Shown: piece after piece, positions 25,345-37,700 of the stretch | Numbering within the stretch: the stretch's first letter is position 1 | Layout: every line of letters begins with the position of its first letter | DNA from: the human T2T-CHM13v2.0 reference genome, Homo sapiens | Reading direction: 5' to 3' (one strand) | Length of the DNA: 64,000 bases | NCBI RefSeq assembly: GCF_009914755.1 | Contig: NC_060938.1 | Position numbers and translations under genes: made by a program | Notes under the pieces: generated by a model | The model's database searches: none | The model's input: only the letters and a program-made list of their open reading frames with translations | What the model was told of the DNA's origin: nothing

Positions 25345-25792
25345 CATTTAGAAAGGAGGCGGGGTCAGAGGAATAGAAAGGGATAGGGCTGAAGAACAGA
25401 GGTCGCTGCATTTAGAAAGGAGGCGGGGTCAGAGGAATAGAAAGGGACAGGGCTGAAGAACACAGGTCGCTGCATTTAGAAAGGAGGCGGGGTCAGAGGA
25501 ATAGAAAGGGACAGGGCTGAAGAACACAGGTCGCTGCATTTAGAAAGGAGGCGGGGTCAGAGGAATAGAAACGGATAGGGCTGAAGAACAGAGGTCGCTG
25601 CATTTAGAAAGGAGGCGGGGTCAGAGGAATAGAAAGGGATAGGGCTGAAGAACACAGGTCGCTGCATTTAGAAAGGAGGCGGGGTCAGTAGAATAGAAAG
25701 GGACAGGACAGAAAAACACAGGTCGCTGCATTTAGAAAGGAGGCGGGGTCAGAGGAATAGAAAGGGATAGGGCTGAAGAACAGAGGTCGCTG

Positions 25793-28700
25793 CATTTAGA
25801 AAGGAGGCGGGGTCAGAGGAATAGAAAGGGATGGGGCTGAAGAACAGAGGTCGCTGCATTTAGAAAGGAGGCGGGGTCAGAGGAATAGAAAGGGATAGGG
25901 GTGAAGAACAGAGGTCACTGCATTTAGAAAGGAGGCGGGGTTAGAGGAATAGAAAGGGACAGGGCTGAAGAACACAGGTCGCTGCATTTAGAAAGGAGGC
26001 GGGGTCAGAGGAATAGAAAGGGATAGGGGTGAAGAACAGAGGTCACTGCATTTAGAAAGGAGGCGGGGTTAGAGGAATAGAAAGGGACAGGGCTGAAGAA
26101 CACAGGTCGCTGCATTTAGAAAGGAGGCGGGGTCAGAGGAATACAAAGGGACAGGGCTGAAGAACACAGGTCGCTGCATTTAGAAAGGAGGCGGGGTTAG
26201 AGGAATAGAAAGGGACAGGGCTGAAGAACACAGGTCGCTGCATTTAGAAAGGAGGCGGGGTCAGAGGAATTGAAAGGGACAGGGCTGAAGAACACAGGTC
26301 GCTGCATTTAGAAAGGAGGCGGGGTCAGAGGAATAGAAAGGGATAGGCCTGAAGAACAGAGGTCGCTGCATTTAGAAAGGAGGCGGGGTCAGAGGAATAG
26401 AAAGGGATAGGCCTGAAGAACAGAGGTCGCTGCATTTAGAAAGGAGGCGGGGTCAGAGGAATAGAAAGGGATAGGGATGAAGAACACAGGTCGCTGCATT
26501 TAGAAAGGAGGCGGGGTCAGAGGAATAGAAAGGGATAGGGCTGAAGAACACAGGTCGCTGCATTTAGAAAGGAGGCGGGGTCAGAGGAATAGAAAGGGAT
26601 AGGGATGAAGAACAGAGGTCGCTGCATTTAGAAAGGAGGCGGGGTCAGAGGAATAGAAAGGGATAGGCCTGAAGAACAGAGGTCGCTGCATTTAGAAAGG
26701 AGGCGGGGTCAGAGGAATAGAAAGGGACAGGGCTGAAGAACACAGGTCGCTGCATTTAGAAAGGAGGCGGGGTCAGAGGAATAGAAAGGGATAGGGCTGA
26801 AGAACACAGGTCGCTGCATTTAGAAAGGAGGCGGGGTCAGAGGAATAGAAAGGGATAGGGCTGAAGAACACAGGTCGCTGCATTTAGAAAGGAGGCGGGG
26901 TCAGAGGAATAGAAAGGGACAGGGCTGAAGAACACAGGTCGCTGCATTTAGAAAGGAGGCGGGGTCAGTAGAATAGAACGGGACAGGACAGAAGAACACA
27001 GGTCGCTGCATTTAGAAAGGAGGCGGGGTCAGAGGAATAGAAAGGGACAGGGCTGAAGAACAGAGGTCGCTGCATTTAGAAATGAGGCGGGGTCAGAGGA
27101 ATAGAAAGGGACAGGGCTGAAGAACACAGGTCGCTGCATTTAGAAAGGAGGCGGGGTCAGAGGAATAGAAAGGGACAGGGCTGAAGAACAGAGGTCGCTG
27201 CATTTAGAAATGAGGCGGGGTCAGAGGAATAGAAAGGGACAGGACTGAAGAACACAGGTCGCTTCATTTAGAAAGGAGGCGGGGTCAGAGGAATAGAAAC
27301 GGACAGGGCTGAAGAACACAGGTCGCTGCATTTAGAAAAGAGGCGGGGTCAGAGGAATAGAAAGGGACAGGGCTGAAGAACAGAGGTCGCTGCATTTAGA
27401 AATGAGGCGGGGTCAGAGGAATAGAAAGGGACAGGGCTGAAGAACACAGGTCGCTGCATTTAGAAAGGAGGCGGGGTCAGAGGAATAGAAAGGGACAGGG
27501 CTGAAGAACACAGGTCACTGCATTTAGAAAGGAGGCGGGGTCAGAGGAATAGAAAGGGACAGGGCTGAAGAACACAGGTCGCTGCATTTAGAAAGGAGGC
27601 GGGGTCAGAGGAATAGAAAGGGACAGGGCTGAAGAACACAGGTCGCTGCATTTAGAAAGGAGGCGGGGTCAGAGGAATAGAAAGGGACAGGGCTGAAGAA
27701 CACAGGTCGCTGCATTTAGAAAGGAGGCGGGGTCAGAGGAATAGAAAGGGATAGGACTGAAGAACACAGGTCGCTGCATTTAGAAAGGAGGCGGGGTCAG
27801 AGGAATAGAAAGGGATAGGCCTGAAGAACACAGGTCGCTGCATTTAGAAAGGAGGCGGGGTCAGAGGAATAGAAAGGGATAGGGCTGAAGAACAGAGGTC
27901 GTTGCATTTAGAAAGGAGGCGGGGTCAGAGGAATAGAAAGGGACAGGGCTGAAGAACACAGGTCGCTGCATTTAGAAAGGAGGCGGGGTCAGAGGAATAG
28001 AAAGGGATAGGGCTGAAGAACACAGGTCGCTGCATTTAGAAAGGAGGCGGGGTCAGAGGAATAGAAAGAGATAGGGATGAAAAACAGAGGTCGCTGCATT
28101 TAGAAAGGAGGCGGGGTCAGAGGAATAGAAAGGGATAGGCCTGAAGAACAGAGGTCGCTGCATTTAGAAAGGAGGCGGGGTCAGAGGAATAGAAAGGGAC
28201 AGGGCTGAAGAACACAGGTCGCTGCATTTAGAAAGGAGGCGGGGTCAGAGGAATAGAAAGGGACAGGGCTGAAGAACACAGGTCGCTGCATTTAGAAAGG
28301 AGGCGGGGTCAGAGGAATAGAAAGGGATAGGACTGAAGAACACAGGTCGCTGCATTTAGAAAGGAGGCGGGGTCAGAGGAATAGAAAGGGATAGGCCTGA
28401 AGAACACAGGTCGCTGCATTTAGAAAGGAGGCGGGGTCAGAGGAATAGAAAGGGATAGGGCTGAAGAACAGAGGTCGCTGCATTTAGAAAGGAGGCGGGG
28501 TCAGAGGAATAGAAAGGGACAGGGCTGAAGAACACAGGTCGCTGCATTTAGAAAGGAGGCGGGGTCAGAGGAATAGAAAGGGATAGGGCTGAAGAACACA
28601 GGTCGCTGCATTTAGAAAGGAGGCGGGGTCAGAGGAATAGAAAGGGATAGGGATGAAGAACAGAGGTCGCTGCATTTAGAAAGGAGGCGGGGTCAGAGGA

Positions 28701-31700
28701 ATAGAAAGGGATAGGCCTGAAGAACAGAGGTCGCTGCATTTAGAAAGGAGGCGGGGTCAGAGGAATAGAAAGGGACAGGGCTGAAGAACACAGGTCGCTG
28801 CATTTAGAAAGGAGGCGGGGTCAGAGGAATAGAAAGGGATAGGGCTGAAGAACACAGGTCGCTGCATTTAGAAAGGAGGCGGGGTCAGAGGAATAGAAAG
28901 GGATAGGGCTGAAGAACACAGGTCGCTGCATTTAGAAAGGAGGCGGGGTCAGAGGAATAGAAAGGGATAGGGCTGAAGAACACAGGTCGCTGCATTTAGA
29001 AAGGAGGCGGGGTCAGAGGAATAGAAAGGGATAGGGCTGAAGAACACAGGTCGCTGCATTTAGAAAGGAGGCGGGGTCAGAGGAATAGAAAGGGACAGGG
29101 CTGAAGAACACAGGTCGCTGCATTTAGAAAGGAGGCGGGGTCAGAGGAATAGAAAGGGACAGGACTGAAGAACACAGGTCGCTGCATTTAGAAAGGAGGC
29201 GGGGTCAGAGGAATAGAAAGGGACAGGGCTGAAGAACACAGGTCGCTGCATTTAGAAAGGAGGCGGGGTCAGAGGAATAGAAAGGGATAGGCCTGAAGAA
29301 CACAGGTCGCTGCATTTAGAAAGGAGGCGGGGTCAGAGGAATAGAAAGGGACAGGGCTGAAGAACACAGGTCGCTGCATTTAGAAAGGAGGCGGGGTCAG
29401 AGGAATAGAAAGGGACAGGGCTGAAGAACACAGGTCGCTGCATTTAGAAAGGAGGCGGGGTCAGTAGAATAGAAAGGGACAGGACAGAAGAACACAGGTC
29501 GCTGCATTTAGAAAGGAGGCGGGGTCAGAGGAATAGAAAGGGACAGGGCTGAAGAACAGAGGTCGCTGCATTTAGAAATGAGGCGGGGTCAGAGGAATAG
29601 AAAGGGACAGGGCTGAAGAACACAGGTCGCTGCATTTAGAAAGGAGGCGGGGTCAGAGGAATAGAAAGGGACAGGGCTGAAGAACAGAGGTCGCTGCATT
29701 TAGAAAGGAGGCGGGGTCAGAGGAATAGAAAGGGACAGGACTGAAGAACACAGGTCGCTTCATTTAGAAAGGAGGCGGGGTCAGAGGAATAGAAAGGGAC
29801 AGGGCTGAAGAACACAGGTCGCTGCATTTAGAAAGGAGGCGGGGTCAGAGGAATAGAAAGGGACAGGGCTGAAGAACACAGGTCGCTGCATTTAGAAATG
29901 AGGCGGGGTCAGAGGAATAGAAAGGGACAGGGCTGAAGAACACAGGTCGCTGCATTTAGAAAGGAGGCGGGGTCAGAGGAATAGAAAGGGACAGGGCTGA
30001 AGAACACAGGTCGCTGCATTTAGAAAGGAGGCGGGGTCAGAGGAATAGAAAGGGACAGGGCTGAAGAACACAGGTCGCTGCATTTAGAAAGGAGGCGGGG
30101 TCAGAGGAATAGAAAGGGACAGGGCTGAAGAACACAGGTCGCTGCATTTAGAAAGGAGGCGGGGTCAGAGGAATAGAAAGGGACAGGGCTGAAGAACACA
30201 GGTCGCTGCATTTAGAAAGGAGGCGGGGTCAGAGGAATAGAAAGGGATAGGACTGAAGAACACAGGTCGCTGCATTTAGAAAGGAGGCGGGGTCAGAGGA
30301 ATAGAAAGGGATAGGCCTGAAGAACACAGGTCGCTGCATTTAGAAAGGAGGCGGGGTCAGAGGAATAGAAAGGGATAGGCCTGAAGAACACAGGTCGCTG
30401 CATTTAGAAAGGAGGCGGGGTCAGAGGAATAGAAAGGGACAGGGCTGAAGAACACAGGTCGCTGCATTTAGAAAGGAGGCGGGGTCAGTAGAATAGAAAG
30501 GGACAGGACAGAAGAACACAGGTCGCTGCATTTAGAAAGGAGGCGGGGTCAGAGGAATAGAAAGGGATAGGGCTGAAGAACAGAGGTCGCTGCATTTAGA
30601 AAGGAGGCGGGGTCAGAGGAATAGAAAGGGATAGGGCTGAAGAACAGAGGTCGCTGCATTTAGAAAGGAGGCGGGGTCAGAAGAATAGAAAGGGACAGGG
30701 CTGAAGAACACAGGTCGCTGCATTTAGAAAGGAGGCGGGGTCAGAGGAATAGAAAGGGATGGGGCTGAAGAACAGAGGTCGCTGCATTTAGAAAGGAGGC
30801 GGGGTCAGAGTAATAGAAAGGGATGGGGCTGAAGAACAGAGGTCGCTGCATTTAGAAAGGAGGCGGGGTCAGAGGAATAGAAAGGGACGGGGCTGAAGAA
30901 CACAGGTCGCTGCATTTAGAAAGGAGGCGGGGTCAGAGGAATAGAAAGGGATAGGGCTGAAGAACACAGGTCGCTGCATTTAGAAAGGAGGCGGGGTCAG
31001 AGGAATAGAAAGGGATAGGGCTGAAGAACACAGGTCGCTGCATTTAGAAAGGAGGCGGGGTCAGAGGAATAGAAAGGGATAGGGCTGAAGAACACAGGTC
31101 GCTGCATTTAGAAAGGAGGCGGGGTCAGTAGAATAGAAAGGGACAGGACAGAAGAACACAGGTCGCTGCATTTAGAAAGGAGGCGGGGTCAGAGGAATAG
31201 AAAGGGACAGGGCTGAAGAACACAGGTCGCTGCATTTAGAAATGAGGCGGGGTCAGAGGAATAGAAAGGGACAGGGCTGAAGAACACAGGTCGCTGCATT
31301 TAGAAAGGAGGCGGGGTCAGAGGAATAGAAAGGGACAGGGCTGAAGAACAGAGGTCGCTGCATTTAGAAATGAGGCGGGGTCAGAGGAATAGAAAGGGAC
31401 AGGACTGAAGAACACAGGTCGCTTCATTTAGAAAGGAGGCGGGGTCAGAGGAATAGAAAGGGACAGGACTGAAGAACACAGGTCGCTTCATTTAGAAAGG
31501 AGGCGGGGTCAGAGGAATAGAAAGGGACAGGGCTGAAGAACACAGGTCGCTGCATTTAGAAAGGAGGCGGGGTCAGAGGAATAGAAAGGGATAGGCCTGA
31601 AGAACACAGGTCGCTGCATTTAGAAAGGAGGCGGGGTCAGAGGAATAGAAAGGGATAGGACTGAAGAACACAGGTCGCTGCATTTAGAAAGGAGGCGGGG

Positions 31701-34700
31701 TCAGAGGAATAGAAAGGGATAGGCCTGAAGAACACAGGTCGCTGCATTTAGAAAGGAGGCGGGGTCAGAGGAATAGAAAGGGACAGGGCTGAAGAACACA
31801 GGTCGCTGCATTTAGAAAGGAGGCGGGGTCAGTAGAATAGAAAGGGACAGGACAGAAGAACACAGGTCGCTGCATTTAGAAAGGAGGCGGGGTCAGAAGA
31901 ATAGAAAGGGATAGGGCTGAAGAACAGAGGTCGCTGCATTTAGAAAGGAGGCGGGGTCAGAGGAATAGAAAGGGATAGGGCTGAAGAACACAGGTCGCTG
32001 CATTTAGAAAGGAGGCGGGGTCAGAGGAATAGAAAGGGACAGGGCTGAAGAACACAGGTCGCTGCATTTAGAAAGGAGGCGGGGTCAGAGGAATAGAAAG
32101 GGATGGGGCTGAAGAACAGAGGTCGCTGCATTTAGAAAGGAGGCGGGGTCAGAGTAATAGAAAGGGATGGGGCTGAAGAACAGAGGTCGCTGCATTTAGA
32201 AAGGAGGCGGGGTCAGAGGAATAGAAAGGGACGGGGCTGAAGAACACAGGTCGCTGCATTTAGAAAGGAGGCGGGGTCAGAGGAATAGAAAGGGACAGGG
32301 CTGAAGAACACAGGTCGCTGCATTTAGAAAGGAGGCGGGGTCAGAGGAATAGAAAGGGACAGGGCTGAAGAACACAGGTCGCTGCATTTAGAAAGGAGGC
32401 GGGGTCAGAGGAATAGAAAGGGACAGGGCTGAAGAACAGAGGTCGCTGCATTTAGAAAGGAGGCGGGGTCAGAGGAATAGAAAGGGATAGGCCTGAAGAA
32501 CACAGGTCGCTGCATTTAGAAAGGAGGCGGGGTCAGAGGAATAGAAAGGGATGGGGCTGAAGAACAGAGGTCGCTGCATTTAGAAAGGAGGCGGGGTCAG
32601 AGGAATAGAAAGGGACAGGGCTGAAGAACACAGGTCGCTGCATTTAGAAAGGAGGCGGGGTCAGAGGAATAGAAAGGGACAGGGCTGAAGAACACAGGTC
32701 GCTGCATTTAGAAAGGAGGCGGGGTCAGAGGAATAGAAAGGGACAGGGCTGAAGAACACAGGTCGCTGCATTTAGAAAGGAGGCGGGGTCAGAGGAATAG
32801 AAAGGGACAGGGCTGAAGAACAGAGGTCGCTGCATTTAGAAATGAGGCGGGGTCAGAGGAATAGAAAGGGACAGGACTGAAGAACACAGGTCGCTTCATT
32901 TAGAAAGGAGGCGGGGTCAGAGGAATAGAAAGGGACAGGGCTGAAGAACACAGGTCGCTGCATTTAGAAAGGAGGCGGGGTCAGAGGAATAGAAAGGGAC
33001 AGGGCTGAAGAACAGAGGTCGCTGCATTTAGAAATGAGGCGGGGTCAGAGGAATAGAAAGGGACAGGGCTGAAGAACACAGGTCGCTGCATTTAGAAAGG
33101 AGGCGGGGTCAGAGGAATAGAAAGGGACAGGGCTGAAGAACACAGGTCACTGCATTTAGAAAGGAGGCGGGGTCAGAGGAATAGAAAGGGACAGGGCTGA
33201 AGAACACAGGTCGCTGCATTTAGAAAGGAGGCGGGGTCAGAGGAATAGAAAGGGACAGGGCTGAAGAACACAGGTCGCTGCATTTAGAAAGGAGGCGGGG
33301 TCAGAGGAATAGAAAGGGACAGGGCTGAAGAACACAGGTCGCTGCATTTAGAAAGGAGGCGGGGTCAGAGGAATAGAAAGGGATAGGACTGAAGAACACA
33401 GGTCGCTGCATTTAGAAAGGAGGCGGGGTCAGAGGAATAGAAAGGGATAGGCCTGAAGAACACAGGTCGCTGCATTTAGAAAGGAGGCGGGGTCAGAGGA
33501 ATAGAAAGGGATAGGGCTGAAGAACACAGGTCGCTGCATTTAGAAAGGAGGCGGGGTCAGAGGAATAGAAAGGGACAGGGCTGAAGAACACAGGTCGCTG
33601 CATTTAGAAAGGAGGCGGGGTCAGTAGAATAGAAAGGGACAGGACAGAAGAACACAGGTCGCTGCATTTAGAAAGGAGGCGGGGTCAGAGGAATAGAAAG
33701 GGATAGGGCTGAAGAACAGAGGTCGCTGCATTTAGAAAGGAGGCGGGGTCAGAGGAATAGAAAGGGATAGGGCTGAAGAACAGAGGTCGCTGCATTTAGA
33801 AAGGAGGCGGGGTCAGAGGAATAGAAAGGGACAGGGCTGAAGAACACAGGTCGCTGCATTTAGAAAGGAGGCGGGGTCAGAGGAATAGAAAGGGATGGGG
33901 CTGAAGAACAGAGGTCGCTGCATTTAGAAAGGAGGCGGGGTCAGAGTAATAGAAAGGGATGGGGCTGAAGAACAGAGGTCGCTGCATTTAGAAAGGAGGC
34001 GGGGTCAGAGGAATAGAAAGGGACGGGGCTGAAGAACACAGGTCGCTGCATTTAGAAAGGAGGCGGGGTCAGAGGAATAGAAAGGGATAGGGCTGAAGAA
34101 CACAGGTCGCTGCATTTAGAAAGGAGGCGGGGTCAGAGGAATAGAAAGGGATAGGGCTGAAGAACACAGGTCGCTGCATTTAGAAAGGAGGCGGGGTCAG
34201 AGGAATAGAAAGGGATAGGGCTGAAGAACACAGGTCGCTGCATTTAGAAAGGAGGCGGGGTCAGAGGAATAGAAAGGGATGGGGCTGAAGAACAGAGGTC
34301 GCTGCATTTAGAAAGGAGGCGGTGTCAGAGGAATAGAAAGGGATAGGGGTGAAGAACAGAGGTCACTGCATTTAGAAAGGAGGCGGGGTTAGAGGAATAG
34401 AAAGGGACAGGGCTGAAGAACACAGGTCGCTGCATTTAGAAAGGAGGCGGGGTCAGAGGAATAGAAAGGGATAGGGGTGAAGAACAGAGGTCACTGCATT
34501 TAGAAAGGAGGCGGGGTTAGAGGAATAGAAAGGGACAGGGCTGAAGAACACAGGTCGCTGCATTTAGAAAGGAGGCGGGGTCAGAGGAATACAAAGGGAC
34601 AGGGCTGAAGAACACAGGTCGCTGCATTTAGAAAGGAGGCGTTGTTAGAGGAATAGAAAGGGACAGGGCTGAAGAACACAGGTCGCTGCATTTAGAAAGG

Positions 34701-37700
34701 AGGCGGGGTCAGAGGAATTGAAAGGGACAGGGCTGAAGAACACAGGTCGCTGCATTTAGAAAGGAGGCGGGGTCAGAGGAATAGAAAGGGATAGGCCAGA
34801 AGAACAGAGGTCGCTGCATTTAGAAAGGAGGCGGGGTCAGAGGAATAGAAAGGGATAGGCCTGAAGAACAGAGGTCGCTGCATTTAGAAAGGAGGCGGGG
34901 TCAGAGGAATAGAAAGGGATAGGGATGAAGAACACAGGTCGCTGCATTTAGAAAGGAGGCGGGGTCAGAGGAATAGAAAGGGATAGGGCTGAAGAACACA
35001 GGTCGCTGCATTTAGAAAGGAGGCGGGGTCAGAGGAATAGAAAGGGATAGGGATGAAGAACAGAGGTCGCTGCATTTAGAAAGGAGGCGGGGTCAGAGGA
35101 ATAGAAAGGGATAGGCCTGAAGAACAGAGGTCGCTGCATTTAGAAAGGAGGCGGGGTCAGAGGAATAGAAAGGGACAGGGCTGAAGAACACAGGTCGCTG
35201 CATTTAGAAAGGAGGCGGGGTCAGAGGAATAGAAAGGGATAGGGCTGAAGAACACAGGTCGCTGCATTTAGAAAGGAGGCGGGGTCAGAGGAATAGAAAG
35301 GGACAGGGCTGAAGAACACAGGTCGCTGCATTTAGAAAGGAGGCGGGGTCAGTAGAATAGAACGGGACAGGACAGAAGAACACAGGTCGCTGCATTTAGA
35401 AAGGAGGCGGGGTCAGAGGAATAGAAAGGGACAGGGCTGAAGAACAGAGGTCGCTGCATTTAGAAATGAGGCGGGGTCAGAGGAATAGAAAGGGACAGGG
35501 CTGAAGAACACAGGTCGCTGCATTTAGAAAGGAGGCGGGGTCAGAGGAATAGAAAGGGACAGGGCTGAAGAACAGAGGTCGCTGCATTTAGAAAGGAGGC
35601 GGGGTCAGAGGAATAGAAAGGGACAGGACTGAAGAACACAGGTCGCTTCATTTAGAAAGGAGGCGGGGTCAGAGGAATAGAAACGGACAGGGCTGAAGAA
35701 CACAGGTCGCTGCATTTAGAAAAGAGGCGGGGTCAGAGGAATAGAAAGGGACAGGGCTGAAGAACAGAGGTCGCTGCATTTAGAAATGAGGCGGGGTCAG
35801 AGGAATAGAAAGGGACAGGGCTGAAGAACACAGGTCGCTGCATTTAGAAAGGAGGCGGGGTCAGAGGAATAGAAAGGGACAGGGCTGAAGAACACAGGTC
35901 ACTGCATTTAGAAAGGAGGCGGGGTCAGAGGAATAGAAAGGGACAGGGCTGAAGAACACAGGTCGCTGCATTTAGAAAGGAGGCGGGGTCAGAGGAATAG
36001 AAAGGGACAGGGCTGAAGAACACAGGTCGCTGCATTTAGAAAGGAGGCGGGGTCAGAGGAATAGAAAGGGACAGGGCTGAAGAACACAGGTCGCTGCATT
36101 TAGAAAGGAGGCGGGGTCAGAGGAATAGAAAGGGATAGGCCTGAAGAACACAGGTCGCTGCATTTAGAAAGGAGGCGGGGTCAGAGGAATAGAAAGGGAT
36201 AGGGCTGAAGAACAGAGGTCGTTGCATTTAGAAAGGAGGCGGGGTCAGAGGAATAGAAAGGGACAGGGCTGAATAACACAGGTCGCTGCATTTAGAAAGG
36301 AGGCGGGGTCAGAGGAATAGAAAGGGATAGGGCTGAAGAACACAGGTCGCTGCATTTAGAAAGGAGGCGGGGTCAGAGGAATAGAAAGGGATAGGGATGA
36401 AGAACAGAGGTCGCTGCATTTAGAAAGGAGGCGGGGTCAGAGGAATAGAAAGGGATAGGCCTGAAGAACAGAGGTCGCTGCATTTAGAAAGGAGGCGGGG
36501 TCAGAGGAATAGAAAGGGACAGGGCTGAAGAACACAGGTCGCTGCATTTAGAAAGGAGGCGGGGTCAGAGGAATAGAAAGGGACAGGGCTGAAGAACACA
36601 GGTCGCTGCATTTAGAAAGGAGGCGGGGTCAGAGGAATAGAAAGGGATAGGACTGAAGAACACAGGTCGCTGCATTTAGAAAGGAGGCGGGGTCAGAGGA
36701 ATAGAAAGGGATAGGCCTGAAGAACACAGGTCGCTGCATTTAGAAAGGAGGCGGGGTCAGAGGAATAGAAAGGGATAGGGCTGAAGAACAGAGGTCGCTG
36801 CATTTAGAAAGGAGGCGGGGTCAGAGGAATAGAAAGGGACAGGGCTGAAGAACACAGGTCGCTGCATTTAGAAAGGAGGCGGGGTCAGAGGAATAGAAAG
36901 GGATAGGGCTGAAGAACACAGGTCGCTGCATTTAGAAAGGAGGCGGGGTCAGAGGAATAGAAAGGGATAGGGATGAAGAACAGAGGTCGCTGCATTTAGA
37001 AAGGAGGCGGGGTCAGAGGAATAGAAAGGGATAGGCCTGAAGAACAGAGGTCGCTGCATTTAGAAAGGAGGCGGGGTCAGAGGAATAGAAAGGGACAGGG
37101 CTGAAGAACACAGGTCGCTGCATTTAGAAAGGAGGCGGGGTCAGAGGAATAGAAAGGGATAGGGCTGAAGAACACAGGTCGCTGCATTTAGAAAGGAGGC
37201 GGGGTCAGAGGAATAGAAAGGGATAGGGCTGAAGAACACAGGTCGCTGCATTTAGAAAGGAGGCGGGGTCAGAGGAATAGAAAGGGACAGGGCTGAAGAA
37301 CACAGGTCGCTGCATTTAGAAAGGAGGCGGGGTCAGAGGAATAGAAAGGGACAGGACTGAAGAACACAGGTCGCTGCATTTAGAAAGGAGGCGGGGTCAG
37401 AGGAATAGAAAGGGACAGGGCTGAAGAACACAGGTCGCTGCATTTAGAAAGGAGGCGGGGTCAGAGGAATAGAAAGGGATAGGCCTGAAGAACACAGGTC
37501 GCTGCATTTAGAAAGGAGGCGGGGTCAGAGGAATAGAAAGGGATAGGGCTGAAGAACACAGGTCGCTGCATTTAGAAAGGAGGCGGGGTCAGAGGAATAG
37601 AAAGGGACAGGGCTGAAGAACACAGGTCGCTGCATTTAGAAAGGAGGCGGGGTCAGTAGAATAGAAAGGGACAGGACAGAAGAACACAGGTCGCTGCATT

